From a virus (Duplodnaviria > Caudoviricetes), in the IMG/VR virus record IMGVR_UViG_3300005077_000014, positions 1 to 64,000 of that record: a DNA stretch of 64,000 nucleotides; one strand, given 5' to 3'. The notes beneath the pieces were generated by a model, which did no database searches, was not told where the DNA came from, and was given only the letters and a program-made list of their open reading frames with translations. How positions within the stretch are numbered: position 1 is the first letter of the stretch; each line of letters begins with the position of its first letter. Shown in pieces: positions 36,706 to 46,779 of this stretch. A program made the position numbers and the translations under genes.

Positions 36706-37419
36706 ATGGACCCAAAATCAATTCCCGTCATAATCAACTCCAGGGACAGGGCAGCGTCTCTCTGTGAACTTGTCACTTGGCTATACGAGCGAGACTATCG
36801 CAACCTCATTATCCTGGACAACGCCTCCACATATCCGCCCTTGCTCGAATACTATGAGCAATTGGAAGGAATAGCGGAAGTCGTTTATTTGCGCAAGAAT
36901 CTTGGGTCAAAAGCCCTTTGGTGTTGGTCTGAATCAGGAAACATGATTCATGCTCCATTTGTCTATACGGACCCTGATGTTGTGCCGTCTGCCGAATGTC
37001 CGGACAATGTTGTTGAGTTTCTTTTGGGGGTGGCTGACTATCTGGGATGTCCGCATAAAATTGGCCTCGGGTTGAAAATTGACGATATTCCTGACCACTA
37101 TGCCGCTGCTCCAATGGTCCGTGAGTGGGAGTCTCAATTCTGGAATCGACCAATTGGAAAGCTTGATGGGGTGCCAATTTACAGCGCAGCAGTTGACACT
37201 ACGTTTGCGCTTTATACGTCTTTTTCTCACTTTTCGCTTCATGGGGTCCGGACAGGTGCGCCGTATGTGGCAAGGCATATGCCCTGGTATGTTCAAAGCG
37301 AATTTCCGAGTGAAGAAGATATCTATTACGAGCAACACGCGTCAAAAGCGTTTCACAATTGGGGGCTAAAATCATGCTCAAGTCAAGCCGTGCGCAACAA
37401 GTGCAAAGATTTAGTATGA
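36706..37419 (+). CDS. Glycosyltransferase family 2-like (GT-A)
   Basis: IPVIINSRDR, IILDNASTY, NLG, VYTDPDVV (DxD). Confidence 0.8.
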   Translation: MDPKSIPVIINSRDRAASLCELVTWLYERDYRNLIILDNASTYPPLLEYYEQLEGIAEVVYLRKNLGSKALWCWSESGNMIHAPFVYTDPDVVPSAECPDNVVEFLLGVADYLGCPHKIGLGLKIDDIPDHYAAAPMVREWESQFWNRPIGKLDGVPIYSAAVDTTFALYTSFSHFSLHGVRTGAPYVARHMPWYVQSEFPSEEDIYYEQHASKAFHNWGLKSCSSQAVRNKCKDLV

Positions 37420-38726
37420 GCGAGAGAGATTGGTTAGCCTTGCCACATGCTGTTGACATGGCGTGTTATGCTTTTTTTTACCAAGATATTATCCACCATC
37501 GCCTTGAGGTGAACAGGGCTCGCAACACTCAAACCCTTGTTGTTGAGGCTGGCGTTCGATATGGCTGTTCCGCTCGCATCTTTATGGACACGTTGAAGAA
37601 TTATCAAAATTGGCGTCTCCACTTGATTGACCCGTTCCCGAAGAATGAAGCGCTGGTGCTCACAAAGAAAGACCAGCACGTTAAATTCCATCAAGCAAAG
37701 GCTGAAGTTGCAGCAAAGAAGTTCGAGAATTGTTCAATTGACATCCTCCATATTGATGGTGATTGCGATGGCACGCACCCATACGAGTTAACGTTCCTTG
37801 TGCTCCTGGCGTTTTGGAGCAAACTGAAGGCTGATGCTCAAGTGATTTTTCACGACGCGACAGAAGCGTTTCCGGGCGTTTTGAGAGTCATCCAAGACAT
37901 GGCTCTGTCTGGCTTGTGGAAAGTGGATTATGCGACACCACAGGCGGCATGTCCGATAAGCGCCCCAGCAGTTGCAAGTCGGGTCAACATGGTCGTTGAA
38001 CACGACGGCATGGATTCTGGAATGTCTGTGGTCATCCCGGTCATCAAAGACAAATGGCTCGGGCAATTGCTTGAAAAAATCCAAATGAACATCACTAAGC
38101 CAACTGAAATTATTGTGATCGATAATAGCGAGACAGATGTTTGCAAGCCCATTTGTGAACGATTCAGCGATGCCTTGAATATTCGCTATTTGCCGCAAAA
38201 GAAAAACTTAGGTGTCAACGCTTCATGGAACTTGGGCATCAAACTCGCTCAAAACGAATTCGTCTCGGTGTTAAACGACGACATCATTATCCATGATGAA
38301 TTTTTCGAGATGATTCTACAGACATTCGAGGCATTTCCTTCATGCGGGCTTGTGGTCCCGAACACGATATTGAATCCAAAACTTGTGCAGCCTCCAACAG
38401 ATGCGCCAAAAGTATCGTTTCTGCCAATGCGAGAAGGGTGGGCGTTCACAATCAGGAGAAGCTTGGTTGTTGACTCTCCAATTCCTGAAGAATTCTTCAC
38501 ATTCTGTGGAGACGACTGGCTTTATCACAAGGTCATCGAGAAGGGATTCTGGCCGTTTAAAATCACAAACAACAACATATTCCATCATGTCGGCATAAGC
38601 CAGAATCTTGACGAACGGGCAAGGTTGAAACTTCCACCATTTATTCAAGAACGAACAGCGTGGCTCGCCATGCAAGGGAAAGATGCACAAGGAAGGCCGT
38701 TAAAAAAAGCGGCAAGGTCAAATTGA
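37416..38726 (+). CDS. Class I SAM methyltransferase (Methyltransf_24-like) fused to a GT2 glycosyltransferase
   Basis: N-terminal VVEAGVRYGCS and IDILHIDGD; C-terminal SVVIPV, IIVIDNS, NLGVNASWNLG, VLNDDI; ATGA overlap with the upstream gene. Confidence 0.85.
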   Translation: MSERDWLALPHAVDMACYAFFYQDIIHHRLEVNRARNTQTLVVEAGVRYGCSARIFMDTLKNYQNWRLHLIDPFPKNEALVLTKKDQHVKFHQAKAEVAAKKFENCSIDILHIDGDCDGTHPYELTFLVLLAFWSKLKADAQVIFHDATEAFPGVLRVIQDMALSGLWKVDYATPQAACPISAPAVASRVNMVVEHDGMDSGMSVVIPVIKDKWLGQLLEKIQMNITKPTEIIVIDNSETDVCKPICERFSDALNIRYLPQKKNLGVNASWNLGIKLAQNEFVSVLNDDIIIHDEFFEMILQTFEAFPSCGLVVPNTILNPKLVQPPTDAPKVSFLPMREGWAFTIRRSLVVDSPIPEEFFTFCGDDWLYHKVIEKGFWPFKITNNNIFHHVGISQNLDERARLKLPPFIQERTAWLAMQGKDAQGRPLKKAARSN

Positions 38727-38745
38727 AAAAAGGTGTGGTCGTTAA

Positions 38746-38952
38746 TTGAAAGAATTCATCGTCGTAAACAATACGCTCATGGTTCGAGAGGTGACTTTCA
38801 CATCTAACGGCTTTTCGCCAACTGGTGAAAGCTTGGGTAAAAGCACTGCTGTTACCATGCGACCAGCGACCGAAGACGAAGTGAAAGAGTATCAAGAGAA
38901 TAAGGCAAGCCCACAAAACTCAACGAATGAACAGGCAAAGGCTAACAACTAA
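38746..38952 (+). CDS. Hypothetical protein
   Basis: 68 aa, TTG start, in operon. Confidence 0.45.
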   Translation: MKEFIVVNNTLMVREVTFTSNGFSPTGESLGKSTAVTMRPATEDEVKEYQENKASPQNSTNEQAKANN

Positions 38953-39732
38953 ATGCCAGACATAATCACAGAATTGAATGCTGAAGACTATCAGAATTTG
39001 TTGACCATGGCCCAGGGGCGCAATCCATTGTGGAACTTTCAATCGCTCCACAAGTGCGCAAATGTTGGGCTTGTGAATAGAAAAGGCACGTTTCTGACAC
39101 GAGAGGGCCGACGTAAAGCACAAAGGCTATTGGATTCTGTCAACCGCTTACAAACAGGATTGCCTCTTAATTCACGACCTATCAACAGGGCATCAGAGTT
39201 ATCAACAGTCTCTTGGAAACGAGGACTGTGGGGCAATAAGCATATATGGTTCAATGGGCATGTCTTGTTCAATGGATGGGTGCCAGAGACATTTTTCTCT
39301 GTCCGGGTTGATGCCAGCGGACCAGAATACGCATGGGTTGACAGAGAGATTAAGCTTGCTATTCAAACCAAGCCGACACAACTTGCCAAACTCACACCGA
39401 TTGCCGTTCAAATAGACCAAGTTGGAGGGCTTGAAGTCGTCTGTTTCAAGCTCCCCAACACTCGAAGCTTTCGCCTTCGCTGGCTAAGAATGCAGACCAA
39501 GTATTTCGACTTTATCAATGAGACATGGAAAGCCGTGACTTTCTGGTGTCATCCACACAGGCCACAAAGTCCGATTATGGTCAAAAACTCATTCGGTAAT
39601 GGCTTCAACAATAAAATTCAAGCGCTCGTTTTGCCAGTAACAGGCAATTGGCCGGTTCCCAAAATTGATGATTCTCGAATTGATACAGAGGGGTATGAAG
39701 ATGTCCAAGAAAAGGAAGAAAAAGAATGGTAA
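38953..39732 (+). CDS. Hypothetical protein
   Basis: 259 aa, basic and W-rich. Confidence 0.6.
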   Translation: MPDIITELNAEDYQNLLTMAQGRNPLWNFQSLHKCANVGLVNRKGTFLTREGRRKAQRLLDSVNRLQTGLPLNSRPINRASELSTVSWKRGLWGNKHIWFNGHVLFNGWVPETFFSVRVDASGPEYAWVDREIKLAIQTKPTQLAKLTPIAVQIDQVGGLEVVCFKLPNTRSFRLRWLRMQTKYFDFINETWKAVTFWCHPHRPQSPIMVKNSFGNGFNNKIQALVLPVTGNWPVPKIDDSRIDTEGYEDVQEKEEKEW

Positions 39733-41572
39733 TGCTGTGACTGTTTCCAAGGCAGTCAACAGTCAAAAAAGCGAAACGTTAACAGATATTGTTGCCGTTG
39801 AGCGTGCATATTTCTCAGCCCCTCGCCTGCGCAGCTTTGCAGTTTCGTCGTCTCAAAAAGCCGATAATGGGTTGGCAACGTCTGCGCTATTGTCTCGCCG
39901 TGGCTCTGACGAAGACGAAGACGCTTTTTCTCGCTATTATGGCCCAAACGGTCTGCTTGTTGAGCCTCCATTCCCATTTGAATGGCTTTGGAGTTTGTAT
40001 CAGGAGTGCGACACGTTAAATCTGTGCTGTCATTCCATGGTGGATAATTGCGAGAATCTGATTGATTTTGTGTGGGAAGGTGAAAAGGGGGAAGATTCTG
40101 GAGACACGCAAAAAGCACAGCGCATCATGCTGCGAGACTTCTTTAGCCGGGTTAACGAAAAAGACTCATTTCTTGACTTGAGAAAAAAGATTCGTCTTGA
40201 CCGGGAAGTCACAGGCAATGCTTTTGTCGAGGTGATTCGGGATAAGAATTTAGAGAAAGACGTTCAGGGTAATTGGGCGCTAAAGCCAAAACCCGAGCGC
40301 CTTTATTACATTCCATCAACGCACATGCGAGTCACTTACCTTCAAGACGCTTACCCTGTCACTGTCATGTTGCCACGGGCCGGCAAGATGATTCCAGTAA
40401 CCATTGCTCAACGTTTCAGGAAGTTCGCACGCAAGAACCCACACACGAATGAAATTATCTGGTTCAAAGAATTCGGGGATCCGCGAGTCATGGATTCCAC
40501 GAACGGCGAGTATGTAGACAGTATTGAAAAAACGAATTCTCCCGCAACAGAAATCTGGTGGTTCAGAGACAATTACGCTGGAAGCGTTTACGGCATTCCA
40601 AAGTGGCTCGCGGTCGTCTGGGATGTTTCCGCACGCTATCAGGCCAAGTGGATTAATTTTGACCATCTGGACCAGGGCGCAATCCCGCCTGGATTCTTTG
40701 CGACAGAAGGTGGCAAGCTCACCACTGCAAGCAAACAGGCCCTCGACCATATCCTTGAAGAAATCAGAGACCCGAAATATTTCAATCGATTCATTCACTT
40801 GGAAGTGACGCCTGATTTATCGTTAGACTTCAATGCAAACAGTAGCTCAACCCCAAAACTGAAATACTTCAAGCTTCGAGACCCCCAACATGAAGATTTG
40901 ATGAATAAAGAATTTCTCAAGACCACAAAAGAAGACATCCGAGAGGTGTTTCGCATCCCGCCAGTGCTCGCTGGCGTCGCTGGTAATGACACCTTTGCAA
41001 GTGCCTATGTGAGCATGGAGGTAGCAGAGTCTCAGGTGTTTGAGCCGCAAAAAGAAGCCTTTGACGGCAAGGTCACAACCGAACTGATTCAAAATGAATT
41101 CGGTATTTATCAATGGCGCATCAAGACGCGTCAATCCAAAATCGGAGACAAAGAGACTTTCTATAAGGCCGTTGGCGCTTTGACCCGTGCTGGTCTGCTC
41201 ACAATCAACGATGGACGCGAGCTCGCCAACCAATTGCTCGGGACTTCACTGCCAGCGTTCGATGGCTCCGAGGTCTATAAAGAGCCAATGGGCCTTGTGA
41301 ATCGGCTTGTTGATGCTGGTCTAGTGACGTTTGACGAGGGCACAGAAGCACTCCAATTCACAGAGCCGATGCTTGAGGTTGCCGCTGCAATTAAGAGTAT
41401 GAAGAGTGAGAAAGGCAAAAAGAGCGAAGGTAAAGTTTCACGAGGGAATAACCGCAAAACGACCGACGCTTTAGCTCAACAACTCATCAAGGCTCTTGTG
41501 GAAATCGAGAATCAAATTGAAAAGGGCGAATACAGCCCCCCAGAAATAGACGAACAGGATTATGTGTTGTAA
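39695..41572 (+). CDS. Portal protein (PBSX/XkdE-like)
   Basis: LVEPPFPF, DREVTGNAFVEVIR, YGIPKW, GAIPPGFF, IREVFRIPPVLAG; start 39695 or 39701. Confidence 0.9.
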   Translation: MKMSKKRKKKNGNAVTVSKAVNSQKSETLTDIVAVERAYFSAPRLRSFAVSSSQKADNGLATSALLSRRGSDEDEDAFSRYYGPNGLLVEPPFPFEWLWSLYQECDTLNLCCHSMVDNCENLIDFVWEGEKGEDSGDTQKAQRIMLRDFFSRVNEKDSFLDLRKKIRLDREVTGNAFVEVIRDKNLEKDVQGNWALKPKPERLYYIPSTHMRVTYLQDAYPVTVMLPRAGKMIPVTIAQRFRKFARKNPHTNEIIWFKEFGDPRVMDSTNGEYVDSIEKTNSPATEIWWFRDNYAGSVYGIPKWLAVVWDVSARYQAKWINFDHLDQGAIPPGFFATEGGKLTTASKQALDHILEEIRDPKYFNRFIHLEVTPDLSLDFNANSSSTPKLKYFKLRDPQHEDLMNKEFLKTTKEDIREVFRIPPVLAGVAGNDTFASAYVSMEVAESQVFEPQKEAFDGKVTTELIQNEFGIYQWRIKTRQSKIGDKETFYKAVGALTRAGLLTINDGRELANQLLGTSLPAFDGSEVYKEPMGLVNRLVDAGLVTFDEGTEALQFTEPMLEVAAAIKSMKSEKGKKSEGKVSRGNNRKTTDALAQQLIKALVEIENQIEKGEYSPPEIDEQDYVL

Positions 41573-41624
41573 TGCGTAAAACGCAATAGCAAAGAAACGT
41601 AATAACCAAAGAAACGTAAACGTA

Positions 41625-42533
41625 ATGACACAACAAAGCACGACTCTTTCGCACCTTGTCTTTCGTCTTCGCAACAAACTTGCTTGCTCATGCAAAGCGG
41701 ACACTCCTGGTCCATGGTATCAAGACGCTAAAACACTTGAGTTATTACTACGTGGCGCATGGGATGAAGTAAGTAAAGACTTTCTCGAAGAGATGCGCTC
41801 GCGGCTTGAAAATCTTGACCCTGATGGCATGGAGGCGCTGTTAAACACAGCTAATTCTCTTGGCGTCGAGATGTCAAAGATTATCGGAGACAAGGCTGAA
41901 GCGATATTGACAACATTGCAGACCAAGGCAAATGCAGCGTGGATTTTACATGCCGAAGACATGTTGAATGGCGAAACAGTCAAGACCCTTGACGAACAGT
42001 ATCAAAAATACTTGTCTCAGATGACGGCCACTCAGATCAAGAAATTCTCTGAAGAATTCCCCAAGCGCATCTTGCACCCTGAAGTCAACCGGCAAATCCA
42101 ATATCTCAGAGACTCAGACCTGACACGCTCAATCGACCTGGACACACTAAACGAACGGCTGACTCGATTCGTCAAGCAAGAACGATACTGGGAGAATTTG
42201 TCAGACGTTCAAGTTGCCCGTCAGTGGCACGCAAACGGCATTTTACTCGGGCAAGAAAACGGCATCAAGACAGGTCAAATCACAGGGCCAGACGATGAAA
42301 AGACTTGTCCAGTCTGTGACAGAATGCTCGGGATGAAAGTTGATATCGCCGACGCTGCCGCAAAAATTAAAAGAGATATTAGTATCGCGGACCCAGAGAA
42401 ATATGTGGAAGCGTGGCCATTCCCCAGAATACTCCAAATTGACAACGAGAGTCGAGAATCAATCGAATCAATGCTCTTGCTCCCCCCGTATCATGGGAGA
42501 TGTAGACATACGGTTGTCTGGCTCTCTCGCTAA
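41625..42533 (+). CDS. Minor head morphogenesis protein (MuF / SPP1 gp7-like)
   Basis: DDEKTCPVC...LPPYHGRCRH; follows the portal. Confidence 0.85.
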   Translation: MTQQSTTLSHLVFRLRNKLACSCKADTPGPWYQDAKTLELLLRGAWDEVSKDFLEEMRSRLENLDPDGMEALLNTANSLGVEMSKIIGDKAEAILTTLQTKANAAWILHAEDMLNGETVKTLDEQYQKYLSQMTATQIKKFSEEFPKRILHPEVNRQIQYLRDSDLTRSIDLDTLNERLTRFVKQERYWENLSDVQVARQWHANGILLGQENGIKTGQITGPDDEKTCPVCDRMLGMKVDIADAAAKIKRDISIADPEKYVEAWPFPRILQIDNESRESIESMLLLPPYHGRCRHTVVWLSR

Positions 42534-42547
42534 CAAAAGGACATTTC

Positions 42548-43474
42548 ATGTCTCAAACAATACCAGCACACATTAACTTAGAAGAGTTCGCAAGGCTGTC
42601 TCAAGAGCTAAGCGCTGAGGAGTTGGCAAAACGATATCAGCGAGGGGCCAGAACCATAAGATATTGGAAGGCTATTCTAAAGAATCACACAAGCTTCACT
42701 GTGCAGGCCCCCCAAAAAGGCACCCTCGCTTTTCCAGAGCCACTTGGCAAAACCTATGACGATTATATCACAATTGATGCGGACAGAGCGCTTATCCTGG
42801 GTGACGCTGAAATCCCGAATCACGACCCGGCAATATTCGACACAGCTTGCTCTATCGCCAAACAATTCAATATTGAGACATTAATTCTCAATGGGGATTT
42901 CGTGGCCCTGGATTGCTTTTCCACCTGGGCGCGAACAGCAGTCTATAAATTAGCTTTCGAGGAAGAGTTGGACGTTGCAGAAGAGGCTCTGAAAGTGTTT
43001 TTGCAACAATTCAAGCAAATAGTGTGGGTGACAGGAAATCATGAGCGCCGGCTGGCCTATCGCGTTGACGGCCATATTACCATCGGCAAATTCCTTGAGA
43101 AATTCTCCAAAGGACTCACAATCTCTGAATATGCCTACTGTCTCTTGAATTCTGGCGGGAACACAATCATGGTTGTGCATCCAAAAAACTATAGCAGAAT
43201 CCCGCTGTCAACTGCCAGAGAGCTTGCAGCTGTCAAGCTGACTTGTATCGTTGCTGGCCATAATCATCATCAGAGTTTCGGGTATGACCGAAGCGGCCAG
43301 CACTGGATTGTTGATGGGGGCTGTTGTCGTGACTCTTCAAAGACTCGATACAAGTCTGTTGAATGCTCGACACATCCAGCCTGGAATGAAGGATTCACAA
43401 TGATTATCGATGGTGAGCCCTACTTGATCAATAAACGAAACGCTGACTTCTGGAAAAAGGTAAAAATCGATTGA
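42548..43474 (+). CDS. Calcineurin-like metallophosphoesterase with N-terminal HTH
   Basis: ILGDAEIPNHD, LNGDFVALD, VTGNHE, AGHNH; N-terminal AEELAKRYQRGARTIRYWK. Confidence 0.85.
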   Translation: MSQTIPAHINLEEFARLSQELSAEELAKRYQRGARTIRYWKAILKNHTSFTVQAPQKGTLAFPEPLGKTYDDYITIDADRALILGDAEIPNHDPAIFDTACSIAKQFNIETLILNGDFVALDCFSTWARTAVYKLAFEEELDVAEEALKVFLQQFKQIVWVTGNHERRLAYRVDGHITIGKFLEKFSKGLTISEYAYCLLNSGGNTIMVVHPKNYSRIPLSTARELAAVKLTCIVAGHNHHQSFGYDRSGQHWIVDGGCCRDSSKTRYKSVECSTHPAWNEGFTMIIDGEPYLINKRNADFWKKVKID

Positions 43475-43908
43475 TCTTCACGAACTCCATTGCTCGATTC
43501 TCGTTATTTCTGGTATATCTCGCTTTTTTTGCGCTGAACTTTACTCTCGTGGTCTGGTCGTGGTCAAACTGGTATATAAACACAGACTCCATGGTGGACC
43601 TGTTAAAAGAGCTTGTTGCGCTCTATTCCACCCAGTTCAGTGTGATTCTTGCTGGAATATTTGGAAGCCAAGATGGGTGTGATACTAAGCTTAAAGCAAT
43701 CATTCCATATATTGCCGGCCTGTTGCTTGTCTTGTTGTGGTGCTCCAATACAGCGTGGCCGTTGTTATATCTGTTCTGGAAGGCTGGGCCACAGGGAATG
43801 AATCTCGGGTGGGCATTGGATTACTGGAAAACGGCCCCGGTAATGACGGGCTTTCTTTGCAACGCAGCAATCACGTTTTGGTTTTTAAAGGCGAATGGAC
43901 AAGAGTAG
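43471..43908 (+). CDS. Multi-pass membrane protein
   Basis: 145 aa, about 4 hydrophobic segments; TTG start overlaps the upstream stop. Confidence 0.55.
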   Translation: MIFTNSIARFSLFLVYLAFFALNFTLVVWSWSNWYINTDSMVDLLKELVALYSTQFSVILAGIFGSQDGCDTKLKAIIPYIAGLLLVLLWCSNTAWPLLYLFWKAGPQGMNLGWALDYWKTAPVMTGFLCNAAITFWFLKANGQE

Positions 43909-43941
43909 GGTGGGTATGGCCTTACGTTTACGCTGACTCCC

Positions 43942-44313
43942 TCATTTCTTCTCTTCACAGTGGATCACATCATCTTCTGCGCTGAAATGCCTGTTCGGGT
44001 GCTTCGAGTGCCTGAACTCCACAAGCGCCAAGTTTGCCACATCAACCAAGTGTTCTAAGTTTCCCGTTTTCTGATACAGCCTAAGTCTTTGAATCATGCT
44101 GCAAATATGGTCGTAATCGCCTTTGTTGGGGTCATCCATTCTGCCATAACGAAAACGACCAACGAGAAGCCTGTTGCGCATCAATTGCTCGAACTCCGGA
44201 CACCACTCAGATTGACGCAGTGAGTCTAAAGATTCGGCTTTGTCTCCAACGGAGCCATTATTGATATGCTCTGTTATGCGCTTGCGCAGATATTCAGTGT
44301 TGGTCAGTCTCAA
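43942..44313 (-). CDS. Hypothetical protein, possibly all-alpha NTP pyrophosphohydrolase-like
   Basis: GRFRYG...TGNLEHLVDVANLALVEF; family call is weak. Confidence 0.45.
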   Translation of the reverse strand: MRLTNTEYLRKRITEHINNGSVGDKAESLDSLRQSEWCPEFEQLMRNRLLVGRFRYGRMDDPNKGDYDHICSMIQRLRLYQKTGNLEHLVDVANLALVEFRHSKHPNRHFSAEDDVIHCEEKK

Positions 44314-44665
44314 TGTCTATTCCTTCGCGTGCTGTCTCGTGCCTGGCTTCGCTCTCTGTCTCATTCTCTTCGCCATCATCATCCTTCTCAACCCCATGGC
44401 TCATGACGGTCCTATCGTGAAACGAGATGAGATTGCTGCTTCTGATACTCCAATCTGAACACTGATAATCACCACTCACGTATAGCTCGTGGCAATAACA
44501 CCAGCCTGAATCGAAAAAGCCGAACCAAAACACACAAGTCTTGCAGCGAGTGTCTGTGCCGGCGGGAATAAGATGTCTCGGCATCAGAGAAAGACGTTCA
44601 ATTTCAATGTCAATCCCGACTCTTGCATCTGCCGGCTCTTCGTATATTTTTACCATCTGCGCCAC
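44294..44665 (-). CDS. Cys-rich hypothetical protein
   Basis: CKTC, CYC, C motifs; acidic tail. Confidence 0.5.
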   Translation of the reverse strand: MAQMVKIYEEPADARVGIDIEIERLSLMPRHLIPAGTDTRCKTCVFWFGFFDSGWCYCHELYVSGDYQCSDWSIRSSNLISFHDRTVMSHGVEKDDDGEENETESEARHETAREGIDIETDQH

Positions 44666-46779
44666 CTTCCCTGATTCCTATTGTCAATGGTCATGGTGCG
44701 AGCATGTGGATGTGATGTGGATGAATTGTTGTTTGGGTTTTGGGTTGCATTGTCATGTTCGTCGGCTTCCTCTTGTCTCACAATTCGCATCCGGCTTGTT
44801 CGTTTGAGAATAGAAACAACGCCAGCCAAGGCATCTGCACAATCCTTTGATTTTCCTGGAGCGTGGTCAATTTTAACTGAGCCCATTTTGCTAAGGCGTT
44901 TGAGTCCCTTTAATTCTTCCTCAAGAATCTTGATTGCTGGAAACAATATCCTTCCGTCTTTAATTGCGTGTTTAACCTCGAAATATGCCTCTGGGGATTT
45001 GTCAACAGACAATTTGCCACTGACAATTTTGTTGTCTCGCCAAGCCTGAAGCATCGATGTTGATTCAATCCAGTCAGCCGTTGCCCAACAGATATTGAGA
45101 TGCTTTTTCAGATGTAGAATCAGGTCTCGAATGAGGTTCAAGTCAATCTGTGCGCCACTGGGGGCCAATACCCTGAGTGCTCCATCGATGATATAAAGCG
45201 GCAATTCAACATTGTGAAATTCTTTTACTTCCTGCGTTTTCAGGTCGTAAAAGTGGCCACTGTCAATGATTTTGGTGTCAATGACTCGGCCAACAGCCAA
45301 TCCAAGCGCATCATTACGACCAAGCGAGGTATCCACATGGACAGCCCATTTGTGCTCACCCTCGATGTTGAGCTGTTCAAGGTATGTGCCGTTGATAAGC
45401 TCTTCCCATGCAATGCCCTTTTGCAGTTTGATTTCTTCGAGATTGAAAAGGTGTTGATTGCCTGTTCGTTCGTTGAACTTGTCTTGAGCCGCCTTAATCT
45501 CTTCAGTAAACGGCAAGAATCGACCCGAAGATCGAGACGGCACCCCAGCTTTATCTTTTAACGCTTCCTCGATATCTTTCTCGAAATCTTTTCGATATCT
45601 CTCTGGCACCTTGATGACATTGAGCGCTTCTAGCAAATAGTCATCGTCAAGGCGTTGTGCCATGTCAAAGTCAGATGAAAAGTCGTCGGCATCTTCAAGT
45701 GACCCGAGAATCCGCGGAGGCTTGTAATCTGAGCCAAGCTGGACATAAAACCATTTTGTCTTGTGCAACGGAAACTCATGGCGTCTGGCACCCCATAACG
45801 AACGCTCTATAACCAGAATCGTCGGGTCAATCTTGGCCTCTTCAATCTTCGAGTCCGTGAAATCGCCAACATGAGACCTGGCTGAATCGATAATGCCTCG
45901 ACCGATGAAATCGCCACGCTCAATGAATTTGGAGAATCGGTTTCTCGAACGATTATACAGCGTCAAATACATCGACTCGCCAACGTCAAACACGTCTTTG
46001 TCTGAATGTTCCAGCCGCACGCTCGTTTTGTGAACCGGCATGAAATTGATTTCAGTGATGACATATTCAATGACATTCAAAGAGATTGCAGCATCAACGG
46101 CCCCAGTAACAGGCTTAACTTTGACGAAGTGTGGAAATATCAACTCAGAGTTGATTTTCTTGTCACGCAGAAAATGCTCGCTGAAATAGGGAGAGCCGTC
46201 AACCATGCGCTGAACACGATTAAAAAGCGCCTCTTCAGCTGTGGAAAGCCGCATTGACTGGAGAATCAGAAAAATATCGTCAGTCGGTATCATCTCCAGT
46301 TCGAGCTGTGGATTCCATAGGGTTGACAAGAGATAAATAGTATATGCCGTGGAGATCGCGCTTTTTGTGCTCTTTGCTGTTCCAGCCGCGCCACCCAAAA
46401 CAACTTCAAATGGTGCCGGTTGAACATGCCAGATGCGCCACAAATCCTCTTTGACTGTGGGCCAGAGGCTTCCTTTCAGGTTGCAATACTGTTTCGACTC
46501 TGCGAATTCGATAATATCAATAATCTTGTCAATCTTATAGCCGCGACGCTGCTCAAGAAACGAAGCGTCTTTTTCCTGAATGGCTTTCTGAAGATTTGAG
46601 AGATGCCCGACAAGCTTGTCAAGCCTGATTCCATGTTCGCAATCTTCTGGAATTGCGAGAATACAGGACTCGATGACTTGCTTCTCTGTGGCACTCAGAC
46701 CGGCCTCAACTGCAAGCCGAACACCTAAGTCAAGCGCTTTTTGCTGAGTTACCCACTGCTGAGCATAATTAGCTTTCAT
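44650..46779 (-). CDS. terL: Terminase large subunit
   Basis: Walker A-like GGAAGTAKS, Walker B-like YVITE, RNase H-like HVDTSLG and KSKDCADALAG; ATG 46779 overlaps the upstream stop. Confidence 0.88.
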   Translation of the reverse strand: MKANYAQQWVTQQKALDLGVRLAVEAGLSATEKQVIESCILAIPEDCEHGIRLDKLVGHLSNLQKAIQEKDASFLEQRRGYKIDKIIDIIEFAESKQYCNLKGSLWPTVKEDLWRIWHVQPAPFEVVLGGAAGTAKSTKSAISTAYTIYLLSTLWNPQLELEMIPTDDIFLILQSMRLSTAEEALFNRVQRMVDGSPYFSEHFLRDKKINSELIFPHFVKVKPVTGAVDAAISLNVIEYVITEINFMPVHKTSVRLEHSDKDVFDVGESMYLTLYNRSRNRFSKFIERGDFIGRGIIDSARSHVGDFTDSKIEEAKIDPTILVIERSLWGARRHEFPLHKTKWFYVQLGSDYKPPRILGSLEDADDFSSDFDMAQRLDDDYLLEALNVIKVPERYRKDFEKDIEEALKDKAGVPSRSSGRFLPFTEEIKAAQDKFNERTGNQHLFNLEEIKLQKGIAWEELINGTYLEQLNIEGEHKWAVHVDTSLGRNDALGLAVGRVIDTKIIDSGHFYDLKTQEVKEFHNVELPLYIIDGALRVLAPSGAQIDLNLIRDLILHLKKHLNICWATADWIESTSMLQAWRDNKIVSGKLSVDKSPEAYFEVKHAIKDGRILFPAIKILEEELKGLKRLSKMGSVKIDHAPGKSKDCADALAGVVSILKRTSRMRIVRQEEADEHDNATQNPNNNSSTSHPHARTMTIDNRNQGRWRRW

